A stretch of DNA of 64,000 bases, taken from Octopus vulgaris (taxonomy: Eukaryota). The stretch lies in contig OX597819.1 of NCBI GenBank assembly GCA_951406725.2, forward strand, positions 22,258,001 to 22,322,000, given 5' to 3'. The notes under the pieces are model-generated. The model was not told where the DNA came from and ran no database searches. It was given only the letters and a program-made list of their open reading frames with translations. Positions 25,893 to 38,548 of the stretch are shown piece after piece. A program made the translations under genes and the position numbers. Positions within the stretch are counted from its first letter, which is position 1, and the number at the start of each line of letters is the position of its first letter.

Positions 25893-26492
25893 GCACGCGC
25901 GCACAAAGCACATAAGAAACACTATACTTTCAACGTCACTTTATTAGGAATATTGAGTAGTAATTTCGCCTTTAGCGCTCAATGATTTTTAAATACAAAA
26001 TGGCGCTAACGAGTGAAATGGCACAAGTAGAAGGAAATAAATTAGGTTTTTCAGCATTAGAATAAATGTAAAAAAAAAAAAGTAAATGCAATAACAAAAA
26101 CAACTAAATAACGTTAAGCAACTAAAGGAAAATTTTTGTAGATATTTTCATATCTTTTAATATATTCTTTTATGTCATTTGATGAAGGAAAGGATGGAAG
26201 GATCGTAGCCTAAACACTACCAAAACCAGTGTCGGTGAGAAATCCATTTTTTATCTATTACCTATTTCAAGCATTAGACTGCGGCCATAAAGGGACACTG
26301 CCCTGAAGAATTTTTAGTCGAATGTATGGTCCCCAGTATATATACATACATGTATTGAAGCACACAAACACACGTGTACGCACGCACACACACATACACA
26401 TGTTTACACACACACACATATGCGTATATATGTATATGTATGTATATCTAAAAAGCATTACTAACACAAACAACGGTGTCGCAGATTCAGTT

Positions 26493-26560
<68 letters not shown>
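26493..26560. repeat. (CTA)n microsatellite
   Basis: Directly visible. Confidence 0.95.
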
Positions 26561-27199
26561 GACAACGATGATGATGAGGATGATATCAGGTGTGGGCACA
26601 AGGCCAATCCATTCTGAGGGGGACAATTCTGCCGATGCCATCGACCTTAGTATTTCAGGGAAGATAAAAGGAAAGTTAGACGCTATAGAATTTGAACACA
26701 GAGTATAAAGACCCAGAATAAACCATGCAAGTTATTTTTCGACACTAACAATTCTCTCATTCTACCACCATAAAATCCCAATTGACATTTTATTTCATCG
26801 ATCCTGAATGAACGAAAAGCAAAGTTGACCTCAGTGGGATTTGAGCTCAGAAGGTAAAGGGCCGGACGAAAAGCCGATAAGCATTTTTTTTCCCGATGTA
26901 CTAACGGTTCTGCTGCTACTACACATAGATCTAACAATAAAGGCAGTAATTGGCAACGGCGATAGAAGACTGAAAAAGAGACTGTTCCCCGAAGAAGATT
27001 ACAAGTGAGCAATGGACTCTTTGGAAAGTCGTTCAGCATGACAGAACATCGCTGAGGAAGTCCAGATCAAAGAGTGTGAACAGCGCTGGAAGTTGGTGCC
27101 ACCCCTACCCTGCATAGGCCTGTGTAATCTCTGACTCTGTTAATATAACAATGACAAATAGTAAAATATAAAAACAATAATATCAGTGATGATGAAAAT

Positions 27200-27934
27200 A
27201 ATAATAATGAAAGGAATCGGATGGAGCCTCTCCGTGTCCTGATTAATGATACATCCATCCAGTGATGGTGTTGCAATAAAAACATTGGTAATTGCGCAAC
27301 CTGATAATCGCTATCTCTATTATGAGTGACAATGAAAAAACAAAATATTGGGAATAACGGTGGTAATGAAACGGAAGCCATTGATGGTGACAGTGTTACA
27401 CCCGGTAGGCTCAGAGATTCTGGTCCGGCTCCAGCCTGTCGATATCCAGAAAGGTACCACCACACACGGCGTAGATGGAGCAAACAAATTAATGCTGTGG
27501 TCATGGAGGGTTACTACCTGAGCAACCCGGTAGATGAAAATGGTGCTCAAATTAGGGGTTATCGACAACGTATGTATGATCATTGGAGAGAAAAGAGATT
27601 GTTTCAACTCACGGAAGGGAGGTTGTGTGATCAAGCTAGAGCAATAAGGAAAAATTGTTGGTTCACAGAAGTAGAGCTTGAAGCTATCACAGAAGCCAAC
27701 AATTTGATCAACGCAGCAAATATTGTTGTAGCAGAAAATGTAGGTGTCGATGTCAAGAAAAAGAAACTTAATGGAAGTAACAAAAGAGGTGGAACACTTG
27801 CAGAAAGCAGCACCGCTTGGAACCGCTCGAATACTCCAGGAGATGCTCGAAAATTAAGGTGTGTTACCTTAGTTCCCTGGTAGTAAACAGCTGGAACCGT
27901 TGTACATCTTTAGCGTTAGAAGCTATGCAAAGAC

Positions 27935-27935
<1 letters not shown>
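27200..27935 (+). mobile_element. Short internally deleted R4/Dong-clade retrotransposon (family C)
   Basis: ORF 27326-: RRRWSKQINAVVMEGYY...GYRQRMYDHWREK..LTEGRLCDQARAIRKN.WFTEVELEAI (R4/Dong N-terminal domain) joined almost directly to the C-terminal VEHLQKAAPLGTARILQEMLEN* (27789-27857), then 3' UTR and (TAA)n. Confidence 0.8.

Positions 27936-28018
<83 letters not shown>
27936..28018. repeat. (TAA)n microsatellite between two R4/Dong elements
   Basis: Directly visible. Confidence 0.97.
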
Positions 28019-28019
<1 letters not shown>

Positions 28020-28020
<1 letters not shown>

Positions 28021-29605
28021 AATATCCACCACCCCATAAAAATGCAGCATACCCCACCAGCACAAAGATGCAACAAAGTATACAATAGAAAGTTGCTTGA
28101 AACTTTCAGATGTCGAAAATCAATAGAAGGGATGAGGATAGTGACGATCGTTACCTTACCTCAGTTTATGAAAGAGAGGAGTTTCCGAAAAACTCTGGTT
28201 GTAACAGCGAAAATAAAGCTGGACCTTTGAGGAAAGTCCTCTCGCTCGGCAGTGGATCAGTAAAGGTGCTGACTGACTACAGCTGCCATGTTAATACAGA
28301 GTCAGCAGATGATAGAATAAGGAGGAGGAAGTGAACCATTGAAAAAAAAAAAACAGGATAGTGATACAGTGCTACTTTGAAAGTGAACGTAAATGAACCT
28401 ACAGAAAACGGATGTTAACACTTTGGTTAGAGAAGGGCATGTTTAAATTGACAGAGCAGAGATTAGTTGATAAAGCTGATACTATTACAAGAAAGTGGAT
28501 GATAGAACTGGATATAGAAGGGATCACAGGGGAACTTGAAAAGAAAGACCAGGCAGTGGGGAAGACAAACAACATAAGAGATAAATATCAAAATAAGAAG
28601 AACCTATAGGAAGAAATAGTAATAGCACTACCAATAAAGAAGGGACAACTCTACCAATGACTTAAGTGATTTTACGTGAGGAAGATCACAGGATTTTAGA
28701 TGAGTTGCAGTAAGTAATGAGTATGAGTAAAGAAATAAGCAGTAAAAGGCACCAAGGGAAGGAAGCTGCTAGAAATGACTAGGAAATTAGATTCTTCAGT
28801 ATAGGCAGGGTACAAGTCTAGAAATAGTAAGGGAGACATTAACTAGATACTCTACATGGAGGATCTGAAACATTTTAGTAAGAATGAAAAAGAAATAGAT
28901 TACTTAATACAGACTGAAAGACTCTTCAGCAAGGATGAAGGCATGGAATTTGGCGCAGATAAGTGTGCAATATTAGTCATGAGAAGGGGACAGGTAGTCA
29001 ACAGCGAAGGCACCGAATTACCAGATGCCCAGACATTAAAATCAATGAAAGGAGGAGTGAGTTATAAGCATCTAGGTGTATTAGAATATGACAGAGCACT
29101 GACTACAGAAATCTAAACGAAAATTGAGAAGGAGTACATCAGAAGTGTGAGGAAGCTAATGAAGTCAAAGCTAAATGGTCCGAATCTTGAGAAGGCTGAA
29201 AATACTTGGACAGTATTATTACTTAGATTCTCAACAGCTTTTGTAGACTGGACAACATCTGAATTAGGAAAGCTAGACAGCAGGACTAAGGAGGAATTCA
29301 ATATGAATGGAGGATGCCACAGAAGAGGAGGAGTAGAAATATTATACCTACCTAGAAAGGAAGGTGGACAAGGGTTAATATCAGTAGAAGACTACGTGGT
29401 ATTAGGTAGAGTAGATAAAGATATAAACAGATGGATGGAGGAAATAGCTACAAACCCAATTTAGTAGAGCTGCAAAAAACAGTGTTATTAGGGACAGGCA
29501 GGATACTTTGGCGGGTTCTTGGCATCTAAGTTTATTTGTAGCCCGATGCTAGGATTTTTCTTTTCCAACAGTCCAATCTGATGAGTATTTATGAAAATTC
29601 TGCTG
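28020..29605 (+). mobile_element. Multiply deleted R4/Dong-clade retrotransposon (family D)
   Basis: N-terminal ..RMLTLWLEKGMFKLTEQRLVDKA; RT end YMEDLK..GMEFGADKCA..YKHLGVLE; thumb LYLPRKEGGQGL; jumps to C-terminal ELQKTVLLGTGRILWRVLGI*; tail (CTA)n(TAA)n. Confidence 0.85.
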
Positions 29606-30278
29606 CTACTACTACTACTAATAATAATAATGATGGTTTCAGATTTAGGCACAAGGCCCGTATTTCTAGGTGGGGGTGGGGAGGACTAGTCAATTACATC
29701 GACTTCAGTGCTCATCTGGTATTTGTTTTATCGACGCCCAAAGTATGAAAGACAAAGTTGACCTCGGTAGAGGTTTAATTTAGAAAGTAAACAACAAAAG
29801 CAATGATAATATCTTCAGTACTTCAAATTATGATAAAAATTGGTATTAAAAGAGAAAATGGCCAAGACGTTTTAAATGAAAATCCTAGCTCCGAGAAATT
29901 TTATAATGACCTTCATTGTGATATTTGTAAACCAATTTATTTGTGACGTCAAAAAAAAAAAAAAAATGATTGCTATTTCAATGACACTCTTTAGGCAAAT
30001 TTCCCCTCGAAGGAAACAAATTAAAAAAAAATTGTTCTTTATTTGTCCCTCTAGGTTTTTCAACGTTTAATTTTCTCTTACTTAAAATGTGAGAAAACGT
30101 CGAAGTTATGGATGAAAAAATCGTCTAGCAATTTTTTTTTTTTTCAGAATTTTATTGTTTTATTTAAGTTCATTATGGTAAGAATGAAAATGGATGCTAA
30201 AATAATTGTTAAAGGTAGCCTCTTCCTTAGTCATCTACAATGATGTCCCATTCACTCTTTTGCATCCGAAATGTTATA

Positions 30279-30490
30279 TACTCTTTTACTCTTTTACTTG
30301 TTTCAGTCATTTGACTGCGGCCATGCTGGAGCACCGCCTTTAGTCGAGCAAATCGACCCCGGGACTTATTCTTTGTAAGGCCAATACTTATTCTATCGGT
30401 CTCTTTTTGCCGAACCGCTAAGTGACGGGGACGTAAACACACCAGCATCGGTTGTCAAGCAATGCTAGGGGGACAAACACAAACACACAA

Positions 30491-30521
<31 letters not shown>

Positions 30522-30692
30522 CATATATACGACAGGATTCTTTCAGTTTCGGTCTACCAAATCCACTCACAAGGCATTGGTCAGCCCGGGGCTATAGCAG
30601 AAGACACTTGCCCAAGATGCCACGCAGTGGGACTGAACCCGGAACCATGTGGTTGGTTAGCAAGCTACTTACCACACAGCCACTCCTGCGCC
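30279..30692 (-). mobile_element. SINE family 1 copy, full length
   Basis: High similarity to 7941-8376. Confidence 0.9.
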
Positions 30693-30716
30693 TATATGCA
30701 AATATAAAGATAAATT

Positions 30717-31200
30717 ACCGCATTTACTGACGTATAATACGTTCTCTCGCACAAGACGCACTTTTCCATAAGATCCACTCCTATTTTTTAAGTATATTTT
30801 GTGGTAGAAAACAGATTTATTGTTCCATCACACACCTTAAGAGAGATATTTTAAAGTGTTTTTGTTTTTTGTACTGGAAAATTTATGATTCTGTGTGTGT
30901 AATGCTGTAACAGTAAAGTAGAATAAAGCGTGAAACCGTAAATTTATGATAAATACTTTACGTTCTTGTCATTCCACTTTTCTCCTCCTTTGTACAGCCA
31001 CATCTTGAATACTGCTGTCTCGTTTGGTTTCCCCATACAAAACAAATCATCTAGAAATTTGAATCATCCCAGAGGACTTTCCTGTTCTTCCCGTCTCCGA
31101 GAAGAGCTATGCTTGAAGCGTAAAACCACAACATTTTCCCTTCTCTGAGCATCTTTAATACATTGCTTGTATTACGTCCACACGTGTGATTGTTTCTTTT
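30717..31200 (-). mobile_element. Possible 3' end of a pogo/Tc2-like DNA transposon
   Basis: Terminus TA|CCGCATTTACTGACGTATAATACG..AAGACGCAC resembles pogo/Tc2 TIRs (CCGTATTT..GxxTATAAGACGC); minus-strand relic ..VVVLRFKH..DG..KVLWDD resembles the pogo transposase C-terminus. Confidence 0.45.
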
Positions 31201-32412
31201 TTTCAATTCTTCTGTGTTTTATTTTAATTGACTATTTACTGCAAGCTCACACGGACCCAACGTCCTGTCGACAGTATCGGAGTACCTGATCCCTGAATAC
31301 CTCTCTACCATCGGAGTACGTCACCTTATTAATTCGGAGTACGCCATTTCTCCATGTATATATATATATATAAATGATTGAAAATAATAATCACCGTAAT
31401 AATAGTCGCAGTATAAATGCTAATAATGGAGATTATGATAGGAAAATAATCTCAATAATGAAATTAAATCCAATAAGAAGACGGTTAATAATAAATAAAA
31501 ATGATGCTAAAATAAAGAAGCAATATGTGAAATACTTGTGTCCTAAGAATATCACAAATTGTGTTAAACGATACCAATACAGATAAGATTCAATATAAAT
31601 GACAACAGAAGGAAATGTATTAAGAGAACAATACTGCTTTGTGCGCAAGAAATATAGTGTAGTAAGGAAAATACTACTATTAAATATAATTGTAGTAGAA
31701 ATAGCAATAATTACACTAAAGTCAGGATCCGTATTAACAATAATAACCAGACAAGAAAAGAAAATGTTAGCATAAGCGAGGAGGATTTTAAGGGAGAAGA
31801 ATGCTTTATAAGTGTAGCACTATAAATTCGTATAGGTAGAAGTATTTTAATACCATAGTTCGCACTAAGTCTGAAAATAGGAATGTGATTTGTCTTCTCG
31901 ACCTACCAAAATTTCTTTGAGTCTTCTTACTTCTAAATCTACTGGAGCCGACATTAGCAATTATAAAGGATGTGGACGATTACATTAGAGAATTCCGGCC
32001 TGGTTTAATCCTCCTTTCTGACTCAATGGTAAAACTAATATCTCTACGAAAAATTTCAGGGCTCGAGAACTTGTTGGCCTTGAGTCAAACTTTTAAGTCG
32101 TTATTGGTGAGTTGGCAGAATCGTTAGCACACGGGGAGCGAAATATTTTACGTCCGTCCTTACGTTCTGTTTCAAATCCTGCTGACGTCGATTTTGCCTT
32201 TCCATAATTCGGGGTCGATGAAATAATTGGCAGTTGATGACTTGGGTCGATATAATTCTCTTACACTCTCATTCAGAATTGATGGCCTTGTCCAGTATTT
32301 TGGACAATTATCATATGTTGATCATAGCCATAGCAATAATCTGCTAACTAGCTAGTTAGCTAGCAGAATAGTTGTCTTTCATTCTGACACTCTACCTAGA
32401 AACCTATCTATC

Positions 32413-32416
<4 letters not shown>

Positions 32417-32446
<30 letters not shown>

Positions 32447-32464
32447 CATACATACATACATACA

Positions 32465-32495
<31 letters not shown>
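32417..32495. repeat. (TACA)n microsatellite
   Basis: Directly visible. Confidence 0.95.
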
Positions 32496-32496
<1 letters not shown>

Positions 32497-33010
32497 CAGA
32501 TAGAAACAGCGTGCAGTCGTGGATATCAGCTGTCCAACCGATGTTTACATAAAACTAAATATCAACGGAAAACAGAAAACCTACCCTGAGCTATTGAGAA
32601 ATCTACAATTTTTCTATCCGGAATACAAGTTAAGGTTTGTACTTGTAATTATTGCGTAACTGGAATATCTAACACACTGCCTTAACACCAGACTTGAGTA
32701 ATTGGGCTTCTCAAAACCAGAAATGAGAAAGCTGGTTCAACGACTACTGACCAAAACCATCACTGGAACTGTAAAATCTGTAAAACTTTCCAGAAGTTTA
32801 TCATTTGAGCATATATGAGCTTGTCTAAATATGCAAGTATATGCATGACAACACATGTACGAAACAAAACATACAGATCTGCACATCTATGCACCTACAT
32901 ACAAAAGTACCCTGTTGTTGATGTTGAAACTCCAATGAAGATAGCTTAAAACTGGATTAGAAACCAGATCTATTGGCAATAAATCTTGAAATGAAACCGA
33001 ATAATGACAG
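32497..33010 (+). mobile_element. 5'-truncated RLE-type (R4/Dong-like) LINE: endonuclease end plus 3' UTR
   Basis: Reads ..VVDISCPTDV.IKL.I.GKQKTYPELLRNLQFFYPEYK..FV.VII..LEYL...KTITGTVK.CKTF, the D..P/K..KY/PVIIGALG pattern of restriction-like endonuclease LINEs. Confidence 0.7.
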
Positions 33011-33142
33011 TCATACATACAAACACGCACACACTCAAACACATATAATAACACGCACACGCTCATGCACACACACTCACACATGCACGCAGAGATAGTC
33101 ACATATACATACATATACATGCACGTATACATATATATATTT

Positions 33143-33178
<36 letters not shown>

Positions 33179-33199
33179 ACACATAGGGACACACAGAGA

Positions 33200-33245
<46 letters not shown>

Positions 33246-33439
33246 AATGCTGACATCCAGAGATGCTTAATATGGAAAGTGCGTAGTGCTCAAATGATTT
33301 CAACATACACATCGAAGTCTGTATCATTGAATAACTCGGCGGCGTTAAGGTTGGCTATAATAGGAATCCATGAGAGCCAATAGGGAGTTAGTGTGCAAAT
33401 AAACACATTCACATACACAAATAATATATAGTGAGAGAT

Positions 33440-34225
33440 ATATTGAGTCATCCCATACATAATGTGGTTTCTTTACACTTTTATTTTTGAAAATTATGAT
33501 AAACTAAGTTCTTTCTTAATCGAAAATGTACTCTCCTTCATTTTCTACAATGCTCTTCCATCTATCTGGGTAGAATTCCAAGGTCCATCTTCCAAAATTC
33601 ACTTGCTTGTGACGAAGAATACTTCTCCCTTACTGTTCTGACCTCGTCTCCAGAATTCATATTTTTTCCCCTTCCAAATTAATTTGAAAAGAGTGAAATA
33701 AATGATAATCGGGTGGGGCAATGCCCTGCGAATATGGTGAGAGGGGCGTGGTTACCCATTCAGACTGCTCCAGCATTTGGAATGTCATCCTCACTGTATG
33801 GAAGAATATGTTTCGTCTTGAAACTAAAGATGGTCGTTTTGCTTCTAGCACTGACTTACGCCTCTGAAGCTGTTCGCAGTAGATCTCCTTTGTTATCATG
33901 TGGTTTGGCTTGAAAAGTTCAAAGCGGACATAACGTTTCGTATCCTACTACACAGATATCAATACTTTACGTGGGGGCAGACGTTCTTTAGGCTGTGGTG
34001 TCAGTATTTCTTCTTTCCCTCATGAAGCAAAATGTGGCGAATATGCTCCTTTGTAACTTCAATTATAGCATTGACAAACTAACTGTGAAAATCTAAGAAT
34101 AAGGATAAGGACGAGGTAATATTAATATCTGCGCTTATAGCAAGTTGATGCAGGTAGTTTATCACGTCCCCCTCTGATCTTTAGTTCATGCAATTGAAAA
34201 GACCGCATTATAGGATGATCCAGTA
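33440..34225 (-). mobile_element. Internally deleted mariner element with both TIRs
   Basis: TIR-like ends tattgagtcatcccat..ataatgtggt and revcomp tactggatcatcctataatgcggt; N-terminal EVTKEHIRHILL joined to YCEQLQR...SPYSQGIAPPDYHLF. Confidence 0.8.
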
Positions 34226-34262
34226 TTAGTGTGTGTGTGTATTTCAGTGTGTGTGCGTTCGT

Positions 34263-34335
<73 letters not shown>
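34225..34335. repeat. (GT)n microsatellite
   Basis: Directly visible. Confidence 0.95.
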
Positions 34336-34339
<4 letters not shown>

Positions 34340-35299
34340 TATGCATATGGTGAGATATTCATATTTAGAAATAATCGCTTAACATTGCACGTTACAACAG
34401 TCGCAAACACGCACCGGCAAACCTTCCAGTCACAAATTTATCCATCGAAACACTACTTGCTGCTCTCTAGAATGATCCCTCCTCATATAGCTCTATAGTC
34501 TTAAGAGGCACTACACGGGCATGACAATCAGTGGTTTCAAGGAAAGGTACACACAGGATATGCATTCGCATTGCCGAAGGTATAGAGAAAAGTCTACTCC
34601 TTTCTTTCATTTCCTTTGGAGAATCCGATAGTTCTGGAATGAAACCTCCAGCATCGAATGAACCATCATAGGCAGAACAGCTCCCTTCTTGCTAGCTTTC
34701 ACATTCTCTACGAACCTGCAGATTCTAAAAACAGGGAATTTTTGCTGCCATCAGATGTAAGCCACTGACCACACCGATATGATATAACAACTTAACATGA
34801 CTACTCATCAACACTGGATGATCCACAATAATGAACAGGGTACCTAACTATCAATGGCTACACATGCCATAGACCGACCCACAACCTTATGTACCCCAGC
34901 TCGATGCATTCACTTCCACAGACATGGTGTGCACAGGCAAAAACATACACACACACGTACACATAAATACACACATACACAGACGCGCACACACACATCT
35001 ATATACTCTCGAACATATGCATGCACACGAATCGAATCTATGTGCGTATACTTCTGCTCTCATTCCTACCCCTCTACATTAACAAGACGAAGTCAAATGC
35101 TGATTCTTTACCCTAACCCTCAGCAACGCTACTGCAACAATACACGTAAACATTTAAAACACTCGCTTATATCAAAACTGAAACACGAATATGTTTATAT
35201 GTACATACACATGCACACAACAGACAAAAGCTCATGCATATAGGCATATATGTTCATCCAGAGAAACACGCATATATCTCAGGTCATTAAGAATGAAAT

Positions 35300-35795
35300 A
35301 TACGATTGTGAACTGAAAGTTTATTTTATTTTATCTCCACCCACCCCCAAAATGCAGTGAATCAAAATATGCGCTTCAATCATCAACACAATTTTGCCAT
35401 TTTATTTGTAGCTTATTTATACTGCTAACGAAAACTTCTGGAGAGCTAGGTTGTTTTTGCATCTTCTTCAGATTTGAAGATTTTTCCTAGCAAAAAGCTG
35501 TCTAATGCTGCAAAACGTGATAGTCCTTTTGTGCACAGTCTGATGAGTATGGTGAATGACAAGGTACTTGCAAATTCACTTCCTGTAACTTGAATAGCGT
35601 TTTTTGTGCAACGTATTGTTGAGCATCGTCTTGCAAGAGAATTGGCTTGTCTCTATTGACCAATCTCGGTTGTTTAATTGCAAGTTCACTCATCATTTTA
35701 TCCAACTGGCTGATGTATAGATCCGCTGTAATTGACTTACCAGGTCTCATGAACCTGTAGTGGAATACAGCAGCGCTGGACCATCAGCATTTTTT
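35300..35795 (-). mobile_element. Mariner transposase 3' fragment
   Basis: ORF 35502-35750: ITADLYISQL..RPRLVNRDKPILLQDDAQ..HSPYSSDCAQKDYH (mariner HDNA/YSPDLAP.D motifs); truncated at the Penelope 5' end. Confidence 0.85.
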
Positions 35796-35799
35796 GGTG

Positions 35800-38520
35800 A
35801 ATATTCTATTTTGTATTGTGTTTAGGCACTTCGTATCTACCCAACCACACAACCACACAACCTCACAGACAATTCATACAAACAAAATTACACCCAACAT
35901 TTTTTAGCCAGGGATCAGAGACACCAGGACACAGGCTGGAACCTAGTAATAAGGAAAAACCGAAGATAATCAATCTTTCAACCAAACCTCTTTCTAACAT
36001 AAAAATTGACATCCTCTCAAAAGGGCTCAAATGTACACCAACTCCACGCAGAGCCAACCTAAATGAAATCAAGGATAATATAACAGAATTTTGCAGAAAT
36101 TTAAGACTAGCAGAAGCATCAACCAGTTTCAATACTGAAGATGAATCACTAGTCAAGAACAAAAGTGAACACATCCCACACAGAGGAAGAAATAAAGATC
36201 TTGATGAATTCTGTAACCACATTGAGAACTTTCCCTACCATACTATACATAAACAGAAAGTTAACTCAAATTTTAACACTACACAATGGAAGAAACTGAT
36301 AAAACTTCAAAATGATGAGGATATAACCATTAAGGAAGCAGACAAGGGAAATGCAGTTGTAATAATGGATACATCATACTATAGAAATCTTGTAATTTCC
36401 TTGCTTGATGACGACGTACATTATGAAAAAATTACCAACTACACCCCACAAAAAATAATGAAAACTCTATCTTCACTAATTAAAACCCATGAAAAGGAAC
36501 TAACAACCAAAGAGATTGACTTTCTAACACACTTTAAATGCAAACCTAGCCTTTTCTATGGTCTGCCAAAAATTCATAAAAGCCAAATTATAAATGAAAC
36601 CATTAAAAAATCACCAAAGACATACATACACACACCTAACCCGGGGGACCTAAAACTACGACCCATTGTAGCTGGCCCAACCTGTGAAACACACAGACTA
36701 AGTCTATTTATGGACATCCTCCTGAAACCCTTCCTTAAACATATCGATAGCCATATCAGAGATGACTTAGATATGTTAAACCACCTTCCAAAAAAGCCAA
36801 GGAAGAAACAATCCTGGTTTCATTTGATGTAGTTAACTTATATACCAGTATACCTCATAATTATGGACTAGAGGCAATACAGTTCTGGCTGGACCAATTT
36901 CCGGAAGAAATACCAAAAAGGATCAGTAAAGAATTCATTACTAAATCAATTGAATTCATCCTACATAATAACCACTTCATGTTTGACAATACATTTTACC
37001 GTCAAAAATCCGGAATTGCTATGGTACAAGGGCAGCACCAGTCATTGCGAACCTAACAATGGGCTACATGGAAATAATCATTTACCAGGAATCTTTATCA
37101 ATCTTTGGAAACCCCCTTTCTCAATACATAAAAGAGAATTGGAAACGATTCTTAGACGATTGTTTTATACTCTGGAATGAAAACACAGATAAACTCCTAA
37201 AATTTAAAAACCTATTGAACAGCATAAACCCAAATATACAGTTCACAATGGAATACAACCAAAAGGAGCTCCCGTTCTTGGATATACTAATTAAAAAAAT
37301 TAACCTTAAAATAGAAACAGACATTTTTTACAAAGCCACAGACGCCAAACAATACCTTCTTTTTAATTCATGCCACCCAAGACACACTAAAACAAACATC
37401 CCCTTCAACCTTGCAAGAAGGATATGCACAATAGTGTCAGAACAAAATACCAGGAACTTTAGACTGCAAGAACTCAAAAACACCCTAATTGACAGACATT
37501 ACCCAGCTCAACTCATAGAGGATGGGATCAGACGTGCAACAGAAATCAACATAGAAACTTTAAGAAAAGTTCAACACAACAACACACCTTCCCCGAAAAT
37601 ACTACCTTACATATCTACATACAACCCCAGAAACAAAGAAGCCTTCACCATCATCACCCAGAATTTACCAATACTTCATAAGGACCCCAAATTAAAGGAA
37701 ATTCTAAACATACACCAAATCATTAAAAGCTACAAACAACCTAAATCACTTAAAAAGATTCTCACAAAGGCAAAATTGTTTTCTGAAATTACGGATGCAA
37801 AAGTAAAAAAAATGTGGTAGATCGAACTGTGCAACATGTCCAAACCTGCTAGAAGGATCAGAATTCCTCTTTAAAGAGGGACAGAAATTCAAGATCAAAT
37901 CTAACTTTACTTGTGCCTCTGAAAACATAATTTATGTCATAAAATGCTCGGGCTGCCACCAAGACTACGTGGGATCCACGGGACTATCACTCAGACGTAG
38001 ATGCACACTGCATCGACAACAGATTGCATTCCCAGAATACAGAATGATACCTTTTAGTGAGCACATTGAGAAATGCACAAAGCAACTACTACCACAATTT
38101 TTAATCTTTCCATTTTACCAATGTGCTATCGGATCATCAACACAAATTAGACTAAACAAGGAAACATTCTTCATTGAAAAGTACAAGCCCAGACTTAACC
38201 ATGCCAACATACTGATACAGAGAAATTCACACCAAGGGAAAGGAAAAAAATTTTAAGCGATTATCTCCCTTACACCGGAAGAAATCACTCATTACCTCCC
38301 CTTATTTAGAACTCTTTTAAACATAAACATAACGATAACTCTATTCAACATAAACATAATGCCGTAAGAAATTTGAAAAGCTAAACGCAAAACCGGTCTT
38401 TCTTCTAAACTATGTCATTGTAAGGGAAAAAAATTTTTAATATTCTTCAGACATATTGACGCAAATATATATATTTTTTAACCTTTAAGCCTTCTGTAGT
38501 TTTTTCACTTTTTACTATTT
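35800..38520 (+). mobile_element. Penelope-like element, near-complete RT + GIY-YIG endonuclease with a few frameshifts
   Basis: Motifs LSKGLK, IKEADKGNAVVIMD, FYGLPKIHK, LRPIVA, FDVVNLYTSIP (shifted frame), GIAM, WKRFLDDCF, LPFLDILI, HPRHTK, Cys linker CGRSNCATC, NIIYVIKCSGCHQDYVGST, FIEKYKPRLN; ends in (TA)n. Confidence 0.95.
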
Positions 38521-38548
38521 TCTATATATATATATATATATATATATA

